From the NCBI GenBank assembly GCA_013154175.1, contig JAADCZ010000064.1, forward strand, positions 1 to 55,217: DNA of 55,217 bases, given 5' to 3'. Within the stretch, counting starts at the first letter, position 1; the number at the start of each line of letters is the position of its first letter. Shown one piece after another: positions 47,620-55,217 of the stretch. Source of the DNA: Thermodesulfobacteriota bacterium. Lineage in GTDB: Bacteria > Desulfobacterota > Dissulfuribacteria > Dissulfuribacterales > QOAL01. The position numbers and the translations under genes were made by a program. The notes beneath the pieces are model-generated. The model was not told where the DNA came from. It ran no database searches and saw only the letters and a list, made by a program, of their open reading frames with translations.

Positions 47620-49004
47620 AAAACAAGGAAAGGGGCCAAAAGGATTCCTACAAGGTCTTTGTCATAGACGACGAGGAGATTACTGTCAAACGGTTGGTCA
47701 AGGGCTTGGGCTCTGACCCCGAGCTCTCTGTCCAGGGTTTCATCCTGGCAAAGGACGCCATCAAGGCCATGCGCCATTCTCCTCCGGATATCATCATTTC
47801 CGATATCAAGCTGAAGGACGGACACGGCCTCGAGCTCATGGATGAAATCAAGGCCCTGGCCCCCAACGCAATAATCATCTTCATCACCGGTTATGCCTCT
47901 ATCAATCAGGCAGTGGAGGCCACCAAGAAGGGAGCATTCTACTATCTCGCAAAGCCCTTTTCCCTTTCTGAACTCAGACAAACCCTGGCCCAGGCCATAG
48001 AGCACATCAAGTCGAGGCGCCAGCGGGATCTCCTAATGGAGCGAATCAGCAAGGATGGCCGCCTTGGGGAAATTATCGGCACAACTCCCCAAATGCAGGA
48101 GATATTCAAAACCATCAAACAAATTGCCCCCCTTGACTGTAACGTGCTCATCAAGGGTGAAACTGGCACAGGAAAGGAACTGGTCGCCAAGGCCCTTCAC
48201 ATGCACAGCAAAAGGAAGAAATTTCCATTCGTCTCCTTCAACTGTGGGGCATTCACAGAAGAACTCATTGCCAATGAACTCTTTGGCCATGAAAAGGGGG
48301 CATTTACAGGGGCGAACTCCACCAAGCTTGGTCTCCTTGAAACGGCAATGGGTGGAACGGTCTTTCTGGATGAAATAGGCGAAATGCCTCTGTCCATGCA
48401 GGTCAAGCTCCTGAGGGTGCTTCAAGAAAACACCATCTTCAGGGTGGGCGGTACTAAACCTGTGAAGATAGACTGCAGATTCATTGCTGCCACCAACCGA
48501 AACCTCGACAAGATGGTTAGAGAGGGGGTCTTCAGGCAGGATCTCTTTTACAGGCTCAAGGTCGTGACCATAAATCTGCCTCCCCTGAGGGAGCGCAGGG
48601 ATGATATCCCCGCCCTTGCAAGCCATTTTGCCAAAAAGGCTGCCAAAAAATTTGGCAAGCCCATTCCCCAGGTGGGAAAAGACTTCATAGATGGCCTGAT
48701 GGATTACCCCTTTCCAGGGAACTGTCGCGAATTGGAACACATGGTGGAACGGGCAGTTGCCCTCACCCGCTCGAACAGGCTCACCGCAGAAGATCTGCCA
48801 CCAGACCTGTGGCTGCTCAAGGAGCCTGAAAAGAAAAAGGATGCCACATCCCTCAAGAAGCTGGAATTCGAATATATAATGGATGTCTATAGAAAGACCG
48901 GTTTCAATCAGACAGAAACGGCAAAGATCCTGGGCATTTCAAGGACTACACTGTGGCGAAAACTCAGACAGATGAATGTCCAGCCGCAGAAGCATCAGAA
49001 ATGA
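47616..49004 (+). CDS. NtrC-type sigma54 response regulator
   Basis: IDDE/SD receiver; GETGTGKE; GAFTGA; Fis HTH; overlaps kinase stop. Confidence 0.94.
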   Translation: MKNKERGQKDSYKVFVIDDEEITVKRLVKGLGSDPELSVQGFILAKDAIKAMRHSPPDIIISDIKLKDGHGLELMDEIKALAPNAIIIFITGYASINQAVEATKKGAFYYLAKPFSLSELRQTLAQAIEHIKSRRQRDLLMERISKDGRLGEIIGTTPQMQEIFKTIKQIAPLDCNVLIKGETGTGKELVAKALHMHSKRKKFPFVSFNCGAFTEELIANELFGHEKGAFTGANSTKLGLLETAMGGTVFLDEIGEMPLSMQVKLLRVLQENTIFRVGGTKPVKIDCRFIAATNRNLDKMVREGVFRQDLFYRLKVVTINLPPLRERRDDIPALASHFAKKAAKKFGKPIPQVGKDFIDGLMDYPFPGNCRELEHMVERAVALTRSNRLTAEDLPPDLWLLKEPEKKKDATSLKKLEFEYIMDVYRKTGFNQTETAKILGISRTTLWRKLRQMNVQPQKHQK

Positions 49005-49005
49005 G

Positions 49006-49392
49006 TTAGTCCTTGCCCTGGGCAGCCCTTTGAACCGCTTCCTTTAGCTCTTCCAACCTGAAGGGCTTGACCATGAAATCGAACACGCCACTCTTGAACG
49101 CCTCTTTTGCAGTCTCCGGTTTGGCATAGCCAGTAATGATGATGACTCGTGCATCTGGGTTGAACTGCCTGGCCCTTTTCAACACCTCCATTCCGTCCAT
49201 CTCCTCCATCTTGAAATCGGTAACTACGATATCAAAGGGATTGGACTTCATATATTCAAGGGCCACAAGTGGATTGGTAAAGGTCTCCACCTGATAACCA
49301 AGCTTTGTAAAAACCTGCTTCAGTCTCTTACCAACAATGGGCTCGTCATCTATGATGATTAGCTTCGCGAGGCTTTCACCATTATCCACCAT
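49006..49392 (-). CDS. Stand-alone receiver domain protein
   Basis: IDDE, TDFKM, ITGY, KP. Confidence 0.9.
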   Translation of the reverse strand: MVDNGESLAKLIIIDDEPIVGKRLKQVFTKLGYQVETFTNPLVALEYMKSNPFDIVVTDFKMEEMDGMEVLKRARQFNPDARVIIITGYAKPETAKEAFKSGVFDFMVKPFRLEELKEAVQRAAQGKD

Positions 49393-49675
49393 TTAAAACT
49401 CCACCTTATCACCTTTTGTTACAAACAATTTCAAACAGCTTCCTGCGCGCCTGTTACAGCACATTTAAAGCAGCAATAATTCTATGCAAAACTATTCACA
49501 AAGATTTTATTAAAAAAATACCGTTCCCACAAGTAAAATTGTGGGCGAACAAAAAATTCCCTGCTTACAGGGGATTATGAGCGCCTTCCCAAAAAGCTAT
49601 GCCCTTGGTTGAAAGGCCTTTTTAGGGGCATGATATTACCATGATTGTTAAAAAATGAAACCTTCCTCCCCCTTT

Positions 49676-52270
49676 TTATCTCCTTGTTATTTCATAATCC
49701 CCGCGCAAAAAGGCATCGCGGTAAAGCTCCACCACCTCATCGCTTTCCATATGGACATCCAGCTGCCTAGTAAAACCAATGAGCCTTCCCAATATCTCCA
49801 GATGGTATTCCATATCCTGCCGCGGCATGTTCCCCATGCGCGCCGTGACCACATCGCCCTTGGTCTTTACATTCAGATCGTAGGCCCGCAATATCTCGGC
49901 AATGAGTTTGGCCCGCCTCGACCTCTTGGTTATATCCGTGGCTCCGCCCAGGAAACGGAAGTATATGTGGTTGTCCCTGGGAAAGTCGCTACAGTAGGCG
50001 TCGACTATATTGAAGTGATATCCAAACCGGAGACTCAAATTCACATATTCCCGGGTGATAATAGCTATATTATGACCTGAATATTGGCCATCCAGGGCGT
50101 CTGTCGGGGCATTTATTATACTTGTCACCATGTCTCGGAAACTCACCTCCATGACATCGGTGTGCCATACCCCTGGCGTCATCATGCCGTGGAGCAGCGC
50201 CTTGAAGGGAATGGAGGTGATATGCTTGAACTCGCAGTAATCCTCTGGGGCATCCTTGGAGATACCGCCACCCAAATCGATACAGAGGATGCCTGCAGGA
50301 ATTGGAAGTTCCAGACGCTTGGTTATATGCCCCTTTAGGAGTTTCTGTTCATCCCGGCCAAGCTCGATAAGCTCATTGACTGCCTTTTCATGGATGAACC
50401 TTAGAATGTCGTGGTAGGTCTCGCACTTGTCCATGCGAAAATCCTCAATTAGGGGGTCCACCAGATTAAGCCTCGAAACCTCGCCAAGGACCCGTCTTAG
50501 CAGACGAAAATCAGAAGACTCAAAGACATTTAGACACTGGCTGTTACGATAGATGAGAAGCTCTTTCACCTTGCCCTTGTAGATTTTCTGATCCTCGGCA
50601 TCCACAGTGATTTCCATGCCGTCTTTCACCTTTGAAAGAATTCCTGGCACGTTTACGAGACATGGCACACACAGTTCCCTGCAAATAGTGGACATGTGGC
50701 TGACAGGGGTCCCCACCTCGGTCACGATTGCCGAAACCTTTTTCATGACCGTGACAAAGAGGGACATGTCCCTGGGGCTAACAAGCACACACCCTTCAGG
50801 AACGTCATCGAGGTCATCTATGCTCTTTACTATCTTGACAGGGCCGTATCCTATACCCTGCTGGGCAGTAAGACCGCCAGTGGCAATAATCTCATATTTT
50901 TCTTCAAGGTGGGAAAGATCCCTTTCCACCTGCACATCCTCTTTTACGAGGAGTGCCCTCGACTGAAGTATCAGGATGTTGTCATCCTGGTCCACTGCCC
51001 ACTCGACATCCTGGGGATGCTTGAAGTAGCTCTCTAGCTTCTTTCCAATGCGTGCAAGAGAGATTATCTGTTCATCACTAAGGCAAGGCTTATCCTGAAG
51101 TTCCTTTGGAATCTCTCTCTTCTCTAGCCCCCCCTTTGGACTCAGAAAGAGCCCTTCCTTCTTTTTAGCCACCTTCTTTTCCACGATCTTCATGCCATCC
51201 ACCTTGGAGACCCTGAAGGAGTCGGTGGGCATCTTACCGTCCACCACAGACTCGCCCTGGCCCCAATTGGCTACGATGACAATGTCGTCAGTGGCCGGAT
51301 TCAAGGGGTCGGTGGAATAGAGGACGCCACTTGCCTTGGCATCCACCATGACCTGGCAGAGGGCAGCAATGGACATCTGCCCCTCCCCTTCCAGGACAGT
51401 CCGCCTGTATTCAATCACATTCTTGGCAAAAAGACTGGCAATGACCTTTTTGTAGGCCTCGAAAATGGCCTCGGGCTCTGGCTTCACGTTGAGCACTGAA
51501 TCAAACTGGCCAGCAAAGGAGAAATCCATATCCTCTTCCTGGGCGCTCGATCTTACGGCAAAAAAGGGCTTTTTGTCCTTCTTGGCTATTTCCAATTTTG
51601 ACATCGCCTCTTCAATCTCTTCGAGGAGGTGGGGCGGAGGCTCGATCTTGTAGATGGACTCCCTTATTTCCTTGCGAAGTTTTTCAATCTCCTCTGCACT
51701 CGCCACAGGAGAGGCAATGAGACCTTCGAGCCGGTCCACCTTTGGGGCAAGTTCACTGAATCCGATTACGTCATGGTAGGATCTGGTCGTTATTACAAAA
51801 CCTTCAGGCACTGGAAGGGAAAGATCATTAATTATCTTAGCAAGATGAAGGGCCTTTCCGCCCACTATCCCAAAATAGCTTTTTGTAATCTCATTGAGCA
51901 GGAGAATTGGCGGCCCTTCCCTGTCCTCCCGACCGCTCAGTATCTTCATCAAGCGGTCGTGTATCCTCTCATACACGTCATAAAGATGGGTGTACTTGTT
52001 GTCACACAGGGCATTGAGGGCATGAACGCACCTGAGCACCGTTTCAGACAGCTCATCCACAGTGGCCTCTATATAATGTCTGTCGAAGATGTAATCGCCA
52101 CTGAGCTTTTCTCCCATGTCTGCGATAATCTCAAGAGCCGTCTGGTTACACTTCAAGACATTCTTGAAACGCTCAAACTTCTCCCTAATGGTAAGGGTAC
52201 TCGTAGGAGCCCCTAGTCCAATGGCCCCCTTGATTTTGTCAACAAGCTCCTTGAAAAAGGTCACTTTCAT
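49676..52270 (-). CDS. PEP synthase/PPDK-like protein (ATP-grasp + phospho-His swivel + atypical C-terminal domain)
   Basis: VGGKA, AVRSSA, SFAGQF, DVEWA, LQSR; swivel 'GTPVSHMSTICRE'. Confidence 0.85.
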   Translation of the reverse strand: MKVTFFKELVDKIKGAIGLGAPTSTLTIREKFERFKNVLKCNQTALEIIADMGEKLSGDYIFDRHYIEATVDELSETVLRCVHALNALCDNKYTHLYDVYERIHDRLMKILSGREDREGPPILLLNEITKSYFGIVGGKALHLAKIINDLSLPVPEGFVITTRSYHDVIGFSELAPKVDRLEGLIASPVASAEEIEKLRKEIRESIYKIEPPPHLLEEIEEAMSKLEIAKKDKKPFFAVRSSAQEEDMDFSFAGQFDSVLNVKPEPEAIFEAYKKVIASLFAKNVIEYRRTVLEGEGQMSIAALCQVMVDAKASGVLYSTDPLNPATDDIVIVANWGQGESVVDGKMPTDSFRVSKVDGMKIVEKKVAKKKEGLFLSPKGGLEKREIPKELQDKPCLSDEQIISLARIGKKLESYFKHPQDVEWAVDQDDNILILQSRALLVKEDVQVERDLSHLEEKYEIIATGGLTAQQGIGYGPVKIVKSIDDLDDVPEGCVLVSPRDMSLFVTVMKKVSAIVTEVGTPVSHMSTICRELCVPCLVNVPGILSKVKDGMEITVDAEDQKIYKGKVKELLIYRNSQCLNVFESSDFRLLRRVLGEVSRLNLVDPLIEDFRMDKCETYHDILRFIHEKAVNELIELGRDEQKLLKGHITKRLELPIPAGILCIDLGGGISKDAPEDYCEFKHITSIPFKALLHGMMTPGVWHTDVMEVSFRDMVTSIINAPTDALDGQYSGHNIAIITREYVNLSLRFGYHFNIVDAYCSDFPRDNHIYFRFLGGATDITKRSRRAKLIAEILRAYDLNVKTKGDVVTARMGNMPRQDMEYHLEILGRLIGFTRQLDVHMESDEVVELYRDAFLRGDYEITRR

Positions 52271-52286
52271 CTCCTGTAAAAGGGTT

Positions 52287-52323
52287 AAAAAAAACCCCCT
52301 GCCCTTTATTCAAAGGCAGGGGG
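52287..52323 (-). terminator. Strong intrinsic terminator between TIGR02186 and PEP-synthase-like genes
   Basis: CCCCCTGCC/GGCAGGGGG stem followed by T8. Confidence 0.8.
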
Positions 52324-52361
52324 CCCAAACAAGCATCGGAGGGTACTTGTTTAGGTACCGT

Positions 52362-53141
52362 CTAATGACCTCCCCCGCCTTTGAATACCATTCCAACACC
52401 AAAGCCGGCCACAATAGCCACCACTATTGCAATGATACCATAAAGAGCGGGCTTTTCGAAGGCCATGTGAGAAAGGGTTTTTTCAATACCAACACGTTCC
52501 ACCTTTATTTTTGATTCAGCCTTGTCCACCACCTTGCCATCCTGAATGGCAAAGACCTCCACGTAGTACTCTCCTGGAGGGGCCTCAAAGGGCCAATCGA
52601 TGGTTACCGTGTAGGCATGATTGGCGCTGTCCACCTTAACGACACCAGACTCCTGGTGATACAGATGCTTATCTTTCTTGAACTTGAGGAACTCGTTCAG
52701 CCACTTCTCCCTGTCGAGGTCCTTGAGATCACTCTTTATCTCTGCCTTCTTCCTCAAGGCGTCAAAGCTGATGGACAGCTCCTTACAAGTCTCAGGGGGA
52801 ATGATGTCGTGGATAGGCTTGGTTGAGTAAACCAGATATACTGCCGGGACATTTTCAAAGATCATGTTCCCAAGCTTCATCCAGAATATTCCACCGGCCT
52901 TACCAATGTATTTGAGGTGCTCTTCACCAAGGTCGGAATGGATCTGGATAATGACGTCACTAGCGTTCAGGTCCTTTCCAGATATTGTCACCTTGGTTCC
53001 ATGGTATCCCAGAGTGATTGGAATCTTTCCGGGATTGGTCTCACATGTCAGTGCACCTGCATCATTAACAAAAAGAAACCCGCAAGCCACAATTGCAATC
53101 AAACAGTTGACCAAATATTTCATTATCTTGTTTCCACTCAT
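52362..53141 (-). CDS. TIGR02186-family protein (signal peptide, C-terminal TM)
   Basis: Y.G, K.GGIFWM, VP..Y, P.G.Y.V, LYG..A motifs; follows TauE gene. Confidence 0.8.
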   Translation of the reverse strand: MSGNKIMKYLVNCLIAIVACGFLFVNDAGALTCETNPGKIPITLGYHGTKVTISGKDLNASDVIIQIHSDLGEEHLKYIGKAGGIFWMKLGNMIFENVPAVYLVYSTKPIHDIIPPETCKELSISFDALRKKAEIKSDLKDLDREKWLNEFLKFKKDKHLYHQESGVVKVDSANHAYTVTIDWPFEAPPGEYYVEVFAIQDGKVVDKAESKIKVERVGIEKTLSHMAFEKPALYGIIAIVVAIVAGFGVGMVFKGGGGH

Positions 53142-53143
53142 GA

Positions 53144-54100
53144 TTAATGCCCTCCTGCAGATGCGAGTAACAGGGATGGCGGAAGTACCAACCCGAGTAT
53201 CATCTTGACTGTCACACCTAAAACGATGATAGCGAGCAGGATCTTGAGCTGATCACCATGAAGCTTCTTACCAAGCTTGGTTCCGATCTGAGCACCAATG
53301 GTGGAACCAAGGAGAAGAAGGATGGCGAGGATGATATCAACGGTGTGGTTCTGGTATGACTGGAGGAATGTAACCTCTACGCATGTGAACATAATCTGGA
53401 AGAGACTCGTTCCAACAACGACGTGCATGGGCATCCTGAGGAGATAAATCATGACGGGCACCATGAGGAAGCCACCGCCAACACCCATGATAGCTGCAAG
53501 AACACCGACAAAGATACCAAGGCCTATTGGCAACAGAGCGGAGTGGGTTACGCCAGACTTGTCGAAATAGATCTGGAATGGCAAAGAGGACAGCCAACCC
53601 TTTTTCTTGGCCTTGGCCTTTTCGGCAGCCTTTCTCTCGGCCTCTGCCCTTTGCTCTGGAGTCATTGCAGCTGCTGCCTTCTGCTTCTTGAGGGCGTTTA
53701 GACTTTCAAAAAACATGAAGGTACCGACGATACCCAGCATGAGAACGTAGGTAATCTTGATGAGAAAGTCGGCACCACCTGTGGCCCTTAGAACCTTGAT
53801 GACGTGAACACCAAGGGCTCCACCGGTAAAACCTCCAACCAGAAGCAAGAGCCCCATTTTGAAATCAACATTTCCCAGGCGCCAGTGGGCTAAGGTACCA
53901 GATGCGGAGGCTGCAACGATCTGGTTTGCGTCTGTTGCAGCGGCAACCGTAGGTGGAATACCAATCATCATGAGTAGCGGCGTCATGAGAAAACCGCCAC
54001 CGACACCAAACAGGCCGGATAAAAGTCCGACCAATAGACCTAGGCCAACCACCAGCCACAATGTGACGCTGGTGAGCGCAATTGGCAAGTAAATGTACAT
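53144..54100 (-). CDS. TauE/SafE (TSUP, DUF81) family transporter
   Basis: MYIYLPIA; two GVGGGFL repeats; VGTSLFQ. Confidence 0.92.
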   Translation of the reverse strand: MYIYLPIALTSVTLWLVVGLGLLVGLLSGLFGVGGGFLMTPLLMMIGIPPTVAAATDANQIVAASASGTLAHWRLGNVDFKMGLLLLVGGFTGGALGVHVIKVLRATGGADFLIKITYVLMLGIVGTFMFFESLNALKKQKAAAAMTPEQRAEAERKAAEKAKAKKKGWLSSLPFQIYFDKSGVTHSALLPIGLGIFVGVLAAIMGVGGGFLMVPVMIYLLRMPMHVVVGTSLFQIMFTCVEVTFLQSYQNHTVDIILAILLLLGSTIGAQIGTKLGKKLHGDQLKILLAIIVLGVTVKMILGLVLPPSLLLASAGGH

Positions 54101-54145
54101 GTCAAACCCTCCTAAAGAAATAATATTTTTTGAAAAACTTGCACT

Positions 54146-54673
54146 CTAAACCGATGCAATTTCAATGGGATAGAGGCTACAGTCCGCATCTATTTGTTTA
54201 AGAATCTTCTTAAAACATTCGTCTGTCCAAGGCCTTGCCAGAAAAACCGTCATGGCCCCCCAATACCAGCCAGGATGATCCTGGACCCTCCCCATGAGCA
54301 AGGATGACCACCGTTTCTTTTGATGAAAGTCCTTTTCATCAAGGGAACCGGCAATGAGACAGGATATCCTCTGGGACACCAGAAACTCTATGAGGGCATC
54401 GTCGCTTGCATCCTCGATGAGATGATAAGAATTTTCCACCTTCTCCAGGCCACAAAGCCCTGAGACCAGTTGTAAAAAAAACGAAGGTGAAAAATCCTTC
54501 CAGGTGCTCCCCATATCCTGCATCTCTTCCTTGGTCTCAAATTCAGCCGGATCAGGGACAAGCAGGATGGAGCACAGGGTAGCATCCATCCTTTTGGCAA
54601 GCTTGACTGCACAAAAGCTGGCGTAAAGATCGGAATTTCTACCATCTGCCAGTAAGGCTACCCGTTTTCTCAT
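54146..54673 (-). CDS. Hypothetical protein with USP-like N-terminus
   Basis: 'RVALLADG..A..AVKLAKRMDATL'; AGAGG before ATG 54673; downstream of sigma54 promoter. Confidence 0.6.
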   Translation of the reverse strand: MRKRVALLADGRNSDLYASFCAVKLAKRMDATLCSILLVPDPAEFETKEEMQDMGSTWKDFSPSFFLQLVSGLCGLEKVENSYHLIEDASDDALIEFLVSQRISCLIAGSLDEKDFHQKKRWSSLLMGRVQDHPGWYWGAMTVFLARPWTDECFKKILKQIDADCSLYPIEIASV

Positions 54674-54753
54674 CCTCTTTGCTACACGGTTGACTGCATA
54701 AGTCTGTCTTTTTTCACATAGTTTGCCCTGATCCAAAATCAACCGAATATCAA

Positions 54754-54769
54754 TGCAGCAAAGATGCCA
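54754..54769 (-). promoter_or_regulatory. sigma54 (-24/-12) promoter of USP-TauE-TIGR02186 operon
   Basis: TGGCATCTTTGCTGCA (GG-N10-GC). Confidence 0.72.
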
Positions 54770-54853
54770 GCATGGCAACTATTTGTTTTTACAAAAGAAA
54801 AAGGAAAGAAGGGAGCTTTAGAGATATTTCATGTGCAAAAATTAACTTAAAAT

Positions 54854-54936
54854 TGTTCCAAAAAGAAACAGTAAGCAGACAACTAGTTGATTTTACTAGC
54901 CTTTCCCCCTTGTAACAACTGTTACTTAAGTAAACA
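54854..54936. promoter_or_regulatory. Two TGTT-N9-AACA boxes flanking a consensus IHF site
   Basis: Boxes at 54854-54870 and 54920-54936; AATCAACTAGTTG (WATCAAN4TTR) on minus strand at 54880-54892. Confidence 0.55.
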
Positions 54937-54942
54937 ACACAT

Positions 54943-54976
54943 AAAAAAGGCACCAAGGCCATGAGGCCCTGGTGCC
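54943..54976 (-). terminator. Intrinsic terminator after FGE-family gene
   Basis: GGCACCAGGGCC/GGCCTTGGTGCC stem then T6. Confidence 0.8.
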
Positions 54977-55002
54977 CTGCACAGGGTTATGCCACCGGTC
55001 CA

Positions 55003-55215
55003 CTATGGAGACTTTACCAATCTGAAACCAAGGGCTGAATTACCTTTAAATGGGAAGAAACCATGACGATAGGCGGAACGGCAGGCATCTGGAAGGGCGT
55101 CCCAGCCCCCACCGCGTTCAACCTTTAGTACACCACTTTCAGGGCCCTGAGGGTCCTTTTCAGGGGACTTCGAATAGTAATCAAAGGAATACCAGTCGTT
55201 ACACCACTCCCAGAC
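55003..55215 (-). CDS. Formylglycine-generating enzyme (SUMF1/FGE-sulfatase) family, C-terminal part (partial; not in ORF track)
   Basis: Manual translation VWEWCNDWY..DPQGP..RGGGW..CRSAYR..LGFRLVKSP*. Confidence 0.88.
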   Translation of the reverse strand, partial: VWEWCNDWYSFDYYSKSPEKDPQGPESGVLKVERGGGWDALPDACRSAYRHGFFPFKGNSALGFRLVKSP

Positions 55216-55217
55216 AT

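Noticed and set aside
1-55217. CRISPR array, IS elements, prophage or defence genes
   Set aside because: No regularly spaced repeats, terminal inverted repeats or such protein motifs seen by eye

Overview
A 55 kb, gene-dense chromosomal segment. Gene content suggests a motile, probably sulfur-cycling Desulfobacterota (deltaproteobacterium); this is inference from the YeeE-TusA-DsrE cluster, HDOD proteins, several sigma54 activators and the flagellar gene order. I saw no transposase, integrase, prophage, CRISPR array or rRNA. Housekeeping content: icd, comF, tolB-cpoB, M16 peptidase-nadK, cmk, pyrF, cobQ-cbiB, pabB-pabC, an RluA-family synthase, tRNA-Val(CAC) and a sigma54-driven flagellar operon (TPR, bEBP, flgBC-fliEFGHIJ, MotE-like). 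Best leads: (1) a sigma54/IHF/enhancer-controlled module of USP-like, TauE, TIGR02186, a PEP-synthase-like dikinase with an unknown C-terminal domain and a lone receiver, facing a CxxC-HAMP kinase and an NtrC-type activator; (2) a YTD-type sulfur-relay operon whose small genes look like a DsrE/F/mini-H trio and whose YeeE has an acidic insertion; (3) an in-frame cmk-MarR fusion one base away from an ATGA-coupled gene pair; (4) a 1019-aa GH57 enzyme with a tandem DUF4912-like N-terminus and altered aromatic residues; (5) pabB and pabC separated by one in-frame TAG. All family assignments are by motif recognition; no database search was run. Several starts were moved to the RBS-supported codon.
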